Positions 27,877 through 41,676 of a DNA stretch of 64,000 bases are shown here, one piece after another (the first letter of the stretch is position 1; each line of letters starts with the position of its first letter). This stretch comes from Hydrolagus affinis. Taxonomy: Eukaryota. The notes under the pieces are model-generated. The model made no database searches. It was not told the origin of the DNA and worked only from the letters and a program-made list of their open reading frames with translations. The stretch is taken from contig JAAILG010000253.1 of the NCBI GenBank assembly GCA_012026655.1, forward strand, positions 1-64,000, written 5' to 3'. A program made the translations under genes and the position numbers.

Positions 27877-28240
27877 GTGGAGTCCTGTATCTCAGTGGTT
27901 AGAGCACTAGCCTCGCAAGTGAGAAACCTGGGTTCAATTCCTGGAGGGCGAAATGTTGGGCAAGTTTCCTTATTCCACACACTGTTTACTTAGCAGTAAG
28001 TAGGAATCTGGTTGTTAGTTATTTGGCGGATCACATTTCTGGGGGTAAAGATACCTTAAAAAAAATTGGTCACTCAATCCACAACTATTTGTGGGACACT
28101 GCTGTGCGCACCTGGTTGCTGTGTTTCACCCACAAATTATACTGTCAATTCACTTTACAGTATAGTCCGTGAAACGCTTTGAGGCATCCCTGATAAAGAC
28201 CTGATAAAGAGCGATATCAAATGCAGGAATTATTATTATT
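27877..28240 (+). mobile_element. tRNA-head Deu-type SINE, full length (long variant)
   Basis: gtggagtcctgtatctcagtggttagagc head, an extra central segment, body tttgtgggacactgctgtgcgca, and a (TTA)n tail. Confidence 0.88.
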
Positions 28241-28885
28241 AAATAACTGGAATGTTCATTGTAGTGTAATATCATTTGTTCTAAAAGTCAAATCAATAAA
28301 CATATAGGAAATATTCCAACAATTAGAAATGAATGCATTAAGCGGGTTTCTCAATACATCAACATATTAGGAGTATGCTGTATTATTGACTGGAATGTTG
28401 GAAAAATTATAGTTTCTGCAGTTGAAAGATTTTATATTACTCAACCAAGCTTCAATAAAGAGTTTGTGGGGGGATGGTTTGTGAAGGGAAGCAGTCCAAA
28501 CGTGAACATTGCTGGGGGGAGTTTGAGCATAGTTCAAGTCGGAAAACGAAAGCCAGGTTTAGTGAAATTATAATAGTCCACAGCCACTGAGGAATCCTTT
28601 CCAACAAAATGTTTTCAAAATATAAAGCATTGAAATCTGAAGCAAGCCAAGGATTCAATTGAGATATGACATTTTCGTTTGATAAATATATCCACTAGGA
28701 ACCTTCTCACAATATCTTACCGCATGCCATGTTTTCTTTTCACCTGACTGTTTGCTGTGTCTGTCACTCAGTGCAGCAATTGCATATGCTGAAGGTTTTA
28801 GAGAAAAAAAAGAGATTAGAAAGCAGCGGTCACTGCGAAGCAATATTGCGGCTTCAAAAATTGCAACCATTTAAATATATATATA

Positions 28886-29069
28886 CAGTAAAAGCCTGTT
28901 GATCCGCGACCCGATCAACCGTAACTTCTGTATACGATAAACCGGAATTTATCTGGGAAAATGCATTTTTTTTTAAATAATATTTTTTGCATTTTCGGCC
29001 GAATATCCGGCACGCACTTTAATCGGCATTGGCCAGTCCCAAGGGTGCTGGATAAATGGGCTTTTACTG
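28886..29069. mobile_element. pogo/Tigger-type MITE
   Basis: TIRs CAGTAAAAGCC...GGCTTTTACTG, flanked by TA and CA; second copy at 48615-48815. Confidence 0.8.
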
Positions 29070-29518
29070 CATTTTGACCCTTTTGGTAGGTCAATCAAAT
29101 AATCTACAGTGAAGAATATCCAGCTTGCTATTATGAGCTATTTTAGATAGAATAAAAGTTTTAAGAGATGTTTTTATGGAAAAAAACAGTGATAGTTTTG
29201 CAGTGTTGCAGTAATAGAATTTGATTGTTATGTATCGCTAGCTGCAATATCCATTCAGTCCTGCTCATCAGTTAACTTTTTTTTTAATAATTGCATTTGG
29301 ATTTTGGTGCCTTTTTCCATATGAATATTTCCATTACAGAAAATCCACTTTCATTATTCATTCCAAAATACAATAGAGTATATTCAATGAACTGCAGAGA
29401 TTCACAAACCAAATCTGTAATAGTTTAATAAATTAATTAAAATGTTGCAGTTTTATATTTGTGTTTAAAACATGTTTTTTAAAAACGAAAATTATCCCAG
29501 TGCTAAGAATACATTAAT

Positions 29519-30077
29519 TCAAAATGTACTGTTGTAAAGAGTCTGATGAAAACTATGATTACTGCTGCTTAAATGGAATAAGTATAATTGTATTTCAATG
29601 TATTGATTAATGCACAGTACAATCCTGAAGGTTTATCCACGATGTACAGAAATGAAGATACAGCTATTAATTCTGTAAAGTTATAAAGATCTAAAATTCC
29701 ACTTAGTCCTTTCCTTGCAAGACAACAACAAATTACATTTAGTAGCTCCTTTCAAGTCAGAAGAAAGTCCCAAAGTACAGTACTGAACAATTTGTCTTAA
29801 AATATTGGCTTAGGTTTTGTTTATAGTTGTGGGTAACAATGAGCAGACACTGGAAGGACTGATGTGCATCACAGTTGTACCACTGCACAGTAAATAATAG
29901 TTATTTCCGTTTACAAAGCTTAATTTACAAAGATTAAGTCTAGTCTTAATGATCTATCATCTGTACAATACTGTCAAGCAAATTATTATTTTGTAGGTAC
30001 TGTATAATGGAAAATTATTCTCTTTAAGCAGCAGTAATCATAGTTTTCATCAGACTCTTTACAATAGTACATTTTGA
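29519..30077. repeat. 63-bp inverted repeat pair (29519-29581 / 30015-30077)
   Basis: The arms are reverse complements with 3 mismatches. Confidence 0.9.
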
Positions 30078-30143
30078 TTTCAGTTTCTGAAATAGTTAGA
30101 AGCAATATAAATGAATTGAATAAATCTGTTGTAATCTGTCAAC

Positions 30144-30149
30144 TTTATT
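30144..30149 (-). terminator. Candidate GIPC2 polyadenylation signal (AATAAA), implying a ~1.3 kb 3' UTR
   Basis: tttatt on + at 30144-30149, downstream of the stop in AU-rich sequence. Not verifiable without transcripts. Confidence 0.35.
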
Positions 30150-31456
30150 GACAAAAAAATATTTGCAGATATAATTACATTTTTCCTGATCTAGCATAAA
30201 ATATTATTTCAGTAGTCCACACATAAAATGCATTCATTGCTTTACACAAAGTAGTCATTGAAAATCAAAGTGGCATTTAGAAATATAATTGTGGCCATAA
30301 TGTCTAGACATTTTCATCACACGATACCCTTTGTAAATATTAAATAATTTATATTCATTTACGTTTCCCCTATTATCCAAAGTGCAGAAGAAAATTGTGG
30401 ATTTAAAAGCAAACATTTTGTTTTATAAAAGACAGATACTTATGATAAAAATGCATTTGTAAATAGTAATGATACATGGTTATACAGATGAACTCCATTT
30501 AAATTGTGAATAGATAATATTGACAAAAGACACAAATAGTTCAAATAAATAAAACTAAATGTTAAAGATTATAGACATCCAAGAAATTATATATCCATTA
30601 ATATTTAGTGTATTTTATGACTATTCAAAAATCTTTGTTTCAAGCTGTCTGAGAAGAATGAGTTCAATTGAAGCGGCTGTTGTAAAGTTTCAGTTCGCCG
30701 GACAAATTGTTTAAGAAACAGCTAGTTTTCTTTATGCTCCACGACAGTTAAAAAATATTTGAGCCTGAATGCTGGTGTGAAGAAACAAGAAATATACTTG
30801 TATAATTAAACTTGGTATAGCAATCCAAGCAATCACATTAAACTTGTATATATAGGATAAGGCAGAAGATTCTGATGAACTTAGAGATAAATTAACAAAA
30901 CTGAAAGACTTAAGTACAAAGTTTATATATTTTTTTTGAATCAAGCTTTATCTACCAGACATGTCCACCGTAATATTCATGCGAAGATTAAAAAAATACA
31001 AAATCATTTATAAAATCATAGGCACACTATCGATACATAAATTTGAAGCTAAAATCACCAAGTTGTTCTTAAAACCACATTTTTGGCTCACAAAAGGACC
31101 CAAATGCTTAATTTATACAAGTCAACATATTACATCAGATAATGGAGTGCATAAAAACTTCTTTTCATAAAACGATTGGTCCAAATAAATCATATATGCA
31201 AGTAGAATAAATTGAGCATAGACGCTTAGAATTAATGTTTTCACAGGTGCAGGCTTAGTAATTGAAAAAGTGGTCTTGGTGCAAGAGTACATATCCAACA
31301 AGGAATCGGCAGCAGGCACAAAACCATCAAATGTTTAAATCTCAACTGGATCCGTTCAGTCTTCAGGCTACAGATTTAACTCCTGTACAGATGGTCCAAT
31401 AGAAAGCAATGAATGAAAAAACTTCACACATTGTTTAGCCACAATGAAATATTACA

Positions 31457-31608
31457 CTAAAATCTGCCCTTCTTTGCATCTCCTATTGCTCCCCAAATAT
31501 CAAAGACAAATTCATCTGGGAAAGCGAAGTCTCCAAGAGCCTCATCAAGTGCCACTGCAAATTCATCAGGATTTTTCTTATCCTTTCCAACTTCGACCAT
31601 TGTTGCAG
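31457..31608 (-). CDS. GIPC2: GIPC2 coding exon 6 (GH2 domain, stop TAG)
   Basis: cag|ct ATMVEVGKDKKNPDEFAVALDEALGDFAFPDEFVFDIWGAIGDAKKGRF*. The six exons sum to 972 nt, i.e. 323 aa plus stop. Confidence 0.95.
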
Positions 31609-33005
31609 CTGAAAAAAGAAGATAATTAAGATGCAATACAGGTTTTTCAGTTCACCTTTCTGTGCTGATTTTGTGCAACTGTTAACACACCAGTCACTGA
31701 GATTGAGTAACATTTAGAATGAATTATTGAAAACCACAACTTTGTTAGCTTACATCATTTAAAGCTTCAAAGATTTAATTTTAGTCCCTGATGAGATTCT
31801 TGAAAAGAATGTTCCACTCAAGGAATTCGATTTAAACAATAAAAGGGAGAAGCCAAACGAGAAGACATCACATTTATATTGCTTGTAATAAACTGAAGCA
31901 AATGCATGATAGTCAACCACTGAAAGTTTAAACATTCCATTTCTGTGAAATAAAATGCAACATTTATCAGAATCTGTTAATTTAACTTTAAACATAACTT
32001 ACCTTATTTTTTGACTACTAGTATAGATTCTGGTTTCATCAATAACAAAATTACAAAGAAAAAAGGATCAATGCAATCCAGTGCAATGGAATAATACAAG
32101 GTCATTTCATCTGCAGAACATGGCCTCAAATTTAGATGGATGACTACTTTGTGATTTTTGTTTAAGAGTGCTGCAAGAGCTTTGATCCGAAAGAAAACAA
32201 TCTCACCATACAAGTGATTCCAGTTAGAATGGTCGAGAATGTTTAGTGTGGAAAAATGGAAGTGACATACTGGTTGGAGAAGATGTTTCATAATGCAGAA
32301 ATGTGGAAAACAATCATGAAATGAGATATATATGGATGCTCAATGCTGACATTAGGGCCTGAAATGGAAAAGCATCTCATTCCTCAGTGCTAATATCACT
32401 CATTTGGATAAACAATAAAAACATTTAAAAAGTGAGAAATACCCCATGATCATATTACTGTAGTACACATGCTCTTTCAAAGAAGTGTTTGCAATGAATC
32501 ACACTCCAGTTATTTCCACATCCTTCCAATATTTCTGGCCACCTGGTCACCATCACAATCATGGGTATGTTAAAAAGAGTTACATAACTTGGACTCCACT
32601 TCTTGTGCAACTTCCTCTTATCCCACCCAAAACTTTGTTCTGTTGATAGATTTACAGCTCACAAGTAGGCAGCGCATATGAGCACTTTATTAGGATCAAA
32701 TTAGATCATGGCAATCCAGATGCCACAACAATAAGCAAAGTCAAACCAACCAGCTAGAAATCTTCACGTTAATTGAAGATAAAATCTTATAAAAAGGAAT
32801 GATTTTATCTCAAGAGTAGAGCTCAAACATTGGCTAAATTACTTAAGCCAAATAGTAATGTCTGCCATGAATGACAATAAGTGCATGCATAAAAGATGCC
32901 AAAAAAAATATTCCTTCATGTAGACCTACAAGAAACACACTGCAATTATTTTGAATAACACAAAACCAAATACCAACTTTGCAATGAAAATGCCAATAAA
33001 CTCAC

Positions 33006-33087
33006 CTAGCTCTGTGTCCCTTATACCCATATAGGTTTCCAATAGATCATCAGCTTTTCTGATAGCCTTTTCTTCAAATTCTGTAGG
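33006..33087 (-). CDS. GIPC2: GIPC2 coding exon 5 (GH2 domain start)
   Basis: cag|[27 protein letters not shown]-g|gtgag; 82 nt. Confidence 0.95.
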
Positions 33088-33431
33088 CTGTTAATAATAA
33101 AAATTTAATAAGATCGGCTGACGTATACATTATAGCACAGCTAATATAAATCCATACACGCAATGCAGTCTTAAACGAAATCTGTTAATGCTGTTAAACT
33201 AAGGTAATAGAACAGTATGTCAGAGTAATAGCAAAGTAGAATAATATCCAGCAGCATTGGAGATCTGAATAGGAAAGTGGGGAGAAGTATACTGGTTTCT
33301 GATGAATACACTGTTATGTATTTTGACCAAGCTGGAATACGCTTTACAGATATTACAGTAAAATGATTTAACTAAAATCCTGCATTATTGTATTGTTAGC
33401 TATACATGGTCACATTGTTGAGGTTTCTTAC

Positions 33432-33544
33432 CAATTCTTCAACAGTTGCAGGTCCCTTAGAACGTAATCGCAAGGTACCCCTTCCTGTACCAATCTTATT
33501 GTCACCTCCAGACTTTCCTCCTTTTGATCTAGGTTCAATCATTT
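33432..33544 (-). CDS. GIPC2: GIPC2 coding exon 4
   Basis: cag|aa MIEPRSKGGKSGGDNKIGTGRGTLRLRSKGPATVEEL|gtaag; 113 nt, phase 1-0, compatible with both neighbours. Confidence 0.95.
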
Positions 33545-34886
33545 CTGAAACACAAAGACATTGTTAGATTCCTCTAAATTTCCCTGAAGGAAATGTTGGA
33601 AGAAATCAGACACAATATCATCCAAGCAAATCGGAAGTTTGTAACTTTACACCAATTTCAATACTTGCTTCACAATCTGCAGCAGTTATACAAGAGTGTA
33701 TTTGAATAGTTAGCAAATATTTAATTATCTCCACTTCAGTTAACACCATTTTTTAAAAGGAACATAATTTTTAAAAATCATTTTAACAACTGGTGCTACT
33801 GATTTTTCATAAAACATTCCATATCAAACATTTGAATTCTATCTCTACATACATTCAATTAAAACATTTGATTAGATTCTATCCAAACTCTGTATTTGAA
33901 CAAATAATGCTGCAATTAATATATTATGGCATACTTCTTTGCCCACTCTGCAAAAAAGTTTTTCCTGAGCCCTTCCCAACTGTTATTGCAATTGGCAGCT
34001 CCTTGTAAAATTCCTGAAAGTAAGATTCAGAATTGTTTTCAGTACTAACAGCATTGGATGGTTCCTTGGTATTAGAATTAAACAACATTGGAGGCATTGC
34101 ATTGTGTACTTTAGGTGTGGCTCAGTTGGTAGCCCTCAACCTGAGAGCCAGAAAGCCATGTTAGGACTTTGAACTCACAGTGTAATCTGGCATTTAAGTA
34201 AAGTGCTTGGGGGGGGCAATGCAGAGGTGCCATTCTTCAAATAAGAATTCAAACAGAGATCCCGTTACCTGTTGAGGTGGCTAATTAAGATTCTAGGGCA
34301 TTACTCAAAATATGTTTTTCTCAAATGTCCCAGCTAACAAATCCAGATAAAATTGGTCATTCATGTCTAGTTATAAGAACATTGCTGTGCTCATAATGAC
34401 TGCTGTTTGCCTATAATACAGCCATAATACTTAACAGTATTAATTGTGAAGAACTGAAAGACATCCTCTTGCCGTGAAAGGCTATTATCAAATGCAATGA
34501 TTACTATTATTGTGCTCATTAATTCATTAGAACCAAGGTTTGGCAAGTACAGTAATGTGCTAAATAAATAATTTGAGTTTCTCATTTAGGAACATTAAAT
34601 AGCACATTCATTGGAGAATGATTGGTTAATGTTATATTCAGAGAAAGCTATTATTACATATTCAGCTGACTTTGCCCTTGCTATTGAATTACTCAGAACA
34701 GGATTGTGTATGTTGACTTATTGTTACGTTATACATGCACTTAACGTCACTGCTTCCCTCCATTATTTACTAAACTGTTTTCACATTTGAGCAATGTTTG
34801 ACATTGTTTTATTCATTTTACCATCCCAAATCTGGCAATTATTCAGCTGGAAATTAAGCAAACTGATTGGAGGCATCAAGCAGGGA

Positions 34887-35109
34887 GCAACACCAGGATC
34901 CCATATGGTAATTGTGCTCTTCCCACTTTCTTGGATATCAAGTATGTCAACCAATCCGAGTCGATCTTGATACAAACTAATTGATCGGTCTAATACAGAC
35001 AGCTTAATAAACATACTTGACTCTTTCTCTGTTGCCCTGAAGATTGCAGCTGGAGGCTGCAATCTCAGGATTTCAGGGGAACAATTAACATATGGGATCC
35101 AGGTGTTGC
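34887..35109. repeat. 29-bp inverted repeat pair with internal hairpin
   Basis: 34887-34915 versus 35081-35109, 2 mismatches. Confidence 0.85.
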
Positions 35110-38100
35110 AATCCCAGGACAGTTACTTCTCTGGTTTTCACACAATTTCTATCTGTTGAATACTGTAGCTTTATTTAAATACTTCTGATTCAAGGGTATT
35201 ATTTCAACTCCTGAACAGTTTTCCACTTCAAATCATTTTCCATTATGATAAAAGTAGCAAAGACTAAATGTTTACTGGGGGTATTAGAGCTAACTAGCAG
35301 AAATATACAAGCACAAATGCTGTTATTGTATATTCTGTTTATTTCATTTGTTCAGAATGCAAAGCCTCCTTGTACATCCATTAATACAATATAATGAAAT
35401 CAGGGGCAACTAATATAATTGTGTTGCTTACTGGAATTAGAGATTATGTAAAGAAATTGTCCTGGAGATACAAACAAGACAAAGACATTGACTAGCTTAA
35501 TGGATGTTTCAACATCAAATTGAAAATTATGTTTATCTCTGCAGTTTGTACTAAATAAAGGACAGAGTTCCAGTCAGCAACATTATTTATAGGATCATTT
35601 CACAAGCAAGAAACATATGAAAATTCCCTAGCTGCAATTCTTTACAAATAAGTCAAACTTTCTGCTTCAAAAAAAGCATGCCTGCAAAAGATCAAACTTT
35701 AAAAATGCACAAGCACATAAGGAACCCACTATAATTTGTGTCCCACTACAATGTAACAGAGTAAAAATGTACCTCATCAACATACCACCCGGATAGAAAG
35801 TTTTTGGAAATATGGAATGCTTTCTGCCAATGGGGATGATGGCTTTTTAAAATTACAAAACAGTTTTTTTAATGCTCTCATGATTTGTGAAATAACATTG
35901 TTTATGGCTCTCTAATAGAAAATCCAGATAAACACACTCATATGTAATTGCAGTACTAATCCATCATTCGATGCAAGTGGTGAGACCCACTTCCTGTTTC
36001 ATTCAGATAAAATCGTAGATGTTAAATTAATGGCAAATCAAGTACCAGTACACTGAAGCTAAAATTCATTTTATAAACAAAAGTGACACGTTTTGGAAAT
36101 ACTGTATCTGAAACTAACTTTTATCTTCACCCCCACCCCATCACATGAAAGCAACTGAAAACCCCTACCAGTAAATTCATGGTGATATTTTCATCCTAAT
36201 TTCAGAATCCAGATTCAATGTGCATCCTGCTGTTTGCAGATGAAAGCTAAAGGACAGTGTAAAAGTAGCCTAAGAAGAAAGTCAGCTCAGGAGTAGCTGG
36301 AAGAATTTGAGATGCTGAATGAGGAACCAATCAGCCTTAGGTAGGCAATAAGAATAGAGCTCGCTGTCAGATCTTGCTCAGGAATACCCTTGGATAGCTG
36401 GAATTACAAAGGTAGTTAGATTTTCTAACAGCAATTAATTAGGAAAAGTAACACAGCAGAAACTGGCAGACACAAACCAGATACTGCAAAGGTAGGTGGT
36501 TTGAAAATGATGCAATTCTTGCAACATTTACTCGAAAGGAGTACCGGTAGATGAGTTTGTACACCCAAAGTCAACCATTGCCAGATAACATCTCCCTGAA
36601 GTTAGTGAATGCTTTATAATAAACCACTCATCCCACTCCTCACAGTGGAATACTTGCAGCATGGGCAACTATTATTAGAGATTCAATTTGCTTTCTTAAA
36701 ATTTCTGAACAAAAGAATTGATTTTCCAAAAACGTATTGTAACTCGATAGAAATATATATTTTTTAATCTGTGTTTATTCTCTACCAATTGATACCAAAT
36801 TCTGAGAGCAGGTAGAGGTGTGAAACAATTTTGGTCCTTTTTTTGGTGCTTACAGTGATTTTCTATTTTAATAATTTAAGATAAGGGATTCATAACATAA
36901 ACAGAGAACATATGATTAACCTTGTTTGTTTAAGCCTTCAGATGTGTCTTGATGTGTCCGTGTGTCCACAAGCACACAGAGACAGTTCAACATTAGTTTC
37001 ATCCATTCTACTCAAGAAGATAAAATTACAAATTTATTGGCTGTGATTTATAATAATGATCCCTGCATTTAATACAGCACTTTATTATATCTTCAAAATG
37101 TTGATCCTAGTGCTTTGTATGATTTTACTAAGAAATATGTGGCCATTTGTAGATGAATTTGAAACAACATCAAGTTACCATGATAAATGATCAATTTATC
37201 TGAAAGATTATTGGCCAGGAATCTGAAAGATTATCTGAAAGATTATTGGCCAGGACACCAGAAAAAACTGCCTTCTCTTTTCAAATAATACCATAGGAAT
37301 TTAACCTGAACAGGCAGATGAGACCTCCATTTTCATGTTCACCTGAACAGACATGATTTGGGTTTATCGTTTAACATGTCATCATGCTCCTTCAGCACTT
37401 CAAAAGAGCATTAGTGACATCATAAACTATGAACTCAAGTCCAGACATGCGTCTTGAACCATCAACCTTCTGGCAAGAGGTTAGAGTGCTATTAGCTGAT
37501 TAAGGCTGCCACAAATTTTAAAAAACTCCCCTCATTTTTTCCATACAGTCAATATCAAATACTTCGGAGATTTTTATGAACATTAAATGATCTGGGTTTA
37601 TCGGATTGATGACCCAAACCAAATTTTTTATCAAGTCATCTAATTTTGACTTTGTCAGATATTATTGACACTATTCAGATACTAATGCTCCGTTAATGCA
37701 TCATGCAAGATTTAATCCTCTTGTTAAACATGGTTTTGGCAGGTGATTTAGTGTGATTCTCCTGAATCTGCTGGAATATTTCGCAATTCATCCATTCACA
37801 AAACAGGGTTATCAAAGGCAAGTTTTTTTTAAGAAAAAAACTAACATTGTGATTTAGTAGGGAAAAGACTGCATTGAATCTGTTACAGCTGAATCTCACT
37901 AGTAAGAGCAAGCAATAAAACCCTATTTTGTTCACATAAGTGAATCAGCAAGATTTAAAAGAAAAAATTCTGAAACATTAACCAATGTAGAAACCGCATT
38001 GTTGGAAGCATCTAGAAGGTGAGATTGTTCCACAATCATTGGTTCCAAGTGCTTAGGATCCACATCCAGGTATTTTTGAGGAGAAGATTCATTCTCCATA

Positions 38101-38518
38101 TATAACTAATTCAAGATTAAGGTCAATCTTTTACAAGACTTCAGTAAGAAGACTTTTCTTCTAAAATCTTGATCCTTTTTAAAGCGCTTCATCATTGTCA
38201 GTTAAATAAAATAATTCATATTATTGGTATCAAAAATTGCCATATTTGCCTAACTAATTAGCTGCTGGAATACAAGAACAAATTACATGTGTACAGTGCC
38301 TTTCACGTCGGGAGGACAAACCAAAGTGCTCAAACGGATTCTCAGTTTGAAACAGTAATTTCTGTGTCTCACCAATGTAAATCAGCCTTTATCAACACAT
38401 AAACAACACTGGCAACAGTCAGTTTTTTCAAGTGCAGATGCGTATGTGCAACTTTAAAATCAGCTTCAATTGCTGAACTTGGGTACAATGTTCTGTAGTT
38501 ACTCCAATGTCGTAATGT

Positions 38519-38532
38519 GCACCACCTAGTGG
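38519..38532 (-). promoter_or_regulatory. Candidate CTCF site in GIPC2 intron 3
   Basis: Minus strand reads CCACTAGGTGGTGC, one mismatch from the CTCF core CCACYAGRKGGCRS. Confidence 0.4.
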
Positions 38533-39007
38533 TATCAGTAACCACATCACATTTTCACACATTTTTAATTAAGTTGACGTAAATTAACAGGGCATCAACA
38601 CAGCATTCCATCGGATCACAAGTTAAGTGCTTTTTCCTTATCTCGCTTAGATCTCCAGAAATTATCTATTCTTTTGCTAAGTGAATAAACACAGCTATTA
38701 TATGCAGAAACTCACTACACAATATATAAAAGCACAATCACATGTAGATTAAGCAGTCAGTCAGCTAACGCACATCCAGCAGCCTTTCTCCTGATTCAGG
38801 ATCTTCCAGGAAAAACCTGACCGATGCACAAACATTGTACATGGTGATTATTCAAACCATCCACCAAACCACAAAGGCATTTAAAGATAGGTTATCCAAA
38901 CCACCAATACCACTTTACCACAGGCTACTCCGCAATACCACATACCATCTCATAATCTTATTTCCCTGATTTACAATAAACTTTAATATGTTTATTTCCC
39001 AAGCATC

Positions 39008-39570
39008 TACATAAGAACATAAAAAATGCTAGATGAAAAGAGACCAAGTCCATCTGGTTCGCCTTCCACCTTCCTGTGGTTGCATGCACACACATCCCAA
39101 ATTACTTATGCACGAAATCCCATTAAGTTATTTCCTAAATAAAAACTATCAAATCTATGTTTGAAAGCATCAACACTTCTTGATTTAACCATCTCCCTAT
39201 GGAGACTGTTCCACAGGTTCACTATTCATTCACTGAAATAGTATTTGCGTAGATTCATTCCGAATTTACCCCCCTTCAATCGCAAGCCCTGTGCTGTACT
39301 TTGGTTTTACTATTCTGGACAAGTACAATCTATATTGTCTTGCCTCTTTATAATCTCACAGACAGCAATCATGTCACCTCTCAATCTTCCCTTTTCCAGT
39401 GTGAACTTGCCCAATTTACTTAGTCATTCCTCATTGTCCAGTCTTTCCATTTCCTCAATCATTTTAGTTGCTGTCTTCTGTATCTTTTCGATTTCTCCAA
39501 TATCCTTTTTGTACTGCAGCGACCAGAACCCAGTACTCTAAATATGGTCCCACCAATGATTTATACTTCA
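39008..39570 (-). mobile_element. CR1-clade LINE 3' fragment
   Basis: YKSLVGPYLEYWV (cf. CR1 YKSLVRPHLEYCV) and an acataagaacata tail. Confidence 0.75.
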
Positions 39571-40521
39571 TGGTAACTGCTTTAATAAGATTGCATTGAT
39601 TGCAACACTGAAGAAAGGAACAATGCCTGGCTGATTCTATTAAAAGAGACAAGATGCCAGCAACAATGTCCAACGTTATTTCTCTCAGCAACAAGTAGCA
39701 ATAATGAAAATGATGGAGAATAATTTCCTTCTTGGCCCTGTTATTCAAAGATTGGATATGATCAGGAGAAAAACAAGACTTAAGAGTTAAAGTCTGGCTG
39801 TACACACCTGGACCAAGTTTTGGAAGACACCAAAACCTGCTCTCCAAAAACATCCTTCCCTAAATTCAGATTCTCTTAACATTTAACCGGTAATGTCTAA
39901 GGAGGAGTTACAGCCTGTCGTATGTCACAAAAAACAAATCGCTTGGACGACACCTCATCTCTGGGATATTGCTGTCACAGTTTATCATCATATTGTTCCC
40001 ATTGACAGGAACTATTCCTGAAGCATTTTAACCACCAAAACTGATCCAATAATCTCTGCTACATGTTTATGGATAAATCACTTGTTTGAATGTGATTAAT
40101 ATTTGCAGAGTGCTATACAGTCAGTTTCATCAAGTTATCTGGTTTACAGTTGGGGTGAAGGTGGGAATCAAATAACAAATAGGAGAACTAGTGATATGTA
40201 CTAAATTGGTAAATCTATACACTAAATACAACTGAGGAATCCAGGGCTGAAGAGCTCATTTACTCTTTTCTATTGTCAAGAGACCACATAGTTTGTCTCA
40301 TCCGTTGCATACAATAATTTAAAAAATCTATTACATGTTCTGAGAGGTTACAGCCAATAATAAAAATAAAAACCAGGAAAATGACCACACCTGAAAACAA
40401 CTCATCTGTGAGGAAGTATATAGTTAATCAATAAACCTTACAGCATTTGAAATTGATTAACATACAAAAAAGGGTATTTGTAATTCAGGACAGTTAATAT
40501 AGTAAAGAATTTGAAACATAC

Positions 40522-40702
40522 CAAAAGCTTTTGTAGGTTCCACCAGCTTTAGTGTAAATGTGTATCCTTTAGGCAACTCTTTCAACATCTTGGCAACTTC
40601 ATAATGCCGAGAACCCACAATATTTTTCCCATTGATCGACTCTATGTGATCTCCAACACAGATTACTTTAACACCATCAATAATACTGTTTTCCTTGATG
40701 CG
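40522..40702 (-). CDS. GIPC2: GIPC2 coding exon 3 (PDZ domain)
   Basis: cag|[60 protein letters not shown]-g|gtatg; 181 nt. Translated by hand; not in the ORF track. Confidence 0.95.
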
Positions 40703-41676
40703 CTGGGAATGTAAAAGAAATGCATATTATTAAAATAAAGTGTTAGATGCTTCTTATGATTCACTATCCATGATTACATTTACTACATACATACACATTT
40801 TGTTCAATTTTAACAGCCGAACAGGTGAATTGTTTAAAAGCATTCAACCTAAGAACAAGCTGATTTAGAGTCAACAAAAGCACCAAACTCCATTTTGTAT
40901 TCTCTGTGTAAATAAGCAGTGCACAGCAATGGAGATTTTCATGTTTGATTGTACAGTGGTTTTAAGACCACTAGATGACTCTGCAGTATATTCTATGCTA
41001 GCACCAGGACAGTTACCAAATTCACTTTTTTAAAAAAACTCTTGAGAAACCAAGGTGATAAAAAGTCAAGTTGCAGAATGCAGATCACCAACACTGAAGA
41101 ATAGATATTCTCATATTGTGGGTTTCACACCTCACTTGCGGTGATGCAAATACAACATGAAAGTCCTAACAAGAAGTCACCCTACCCAAAGTTCACTGAA
41201 GTTACATCAGTTTTACTTTTGTGCCAATACACATTTTCTCATTTACCTAACAAATAATAATGTTACAACAGTCATTAGTCACCATCGACTTAGCAATTTA
41301 ATGTCCCTCACTGAGTAAAGAAGTCATGATGCATGTTTACTGGTGCATGTTTGAGTTTGTGTACCCAGCTGGGCCATGAGAAAATAATTTAAGATTTTGG
41401 ATTGTCACTAAGTACTGCTTTGTGGTCAACCACATCCCATGTGTGGTAAAGAAAATGAAATCAAATAAGATGGTTTCTCAATTTCATGACAGTGGTCATC
41501 TCCCTCAATTTCCACAATTTTCAGAATTTGTGTCAGACATAAGGTATTAGTTCTTCAAGGAACATGATATAGTAAACTTGTGATAACTCGCCACTCCAAG
41601 GGAAACTGGTTTAGTGATGAGTTAACCGAAGTGGAACATTAGGCATGTGAATAAATAAATGTGCCGGTGATACTGA

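Noticed and set aside
1-30000. PTGFR, expected next by synteny
   Set aside because: No GPCR-like transmembrane ORF is present; presumably outside the window.
37196-37255. Direct repeats ttatctgaaagattattggccagga
   Set aside because: Slippage duplication within an old SINE; not a CRISPR-like repeat-spacer array.
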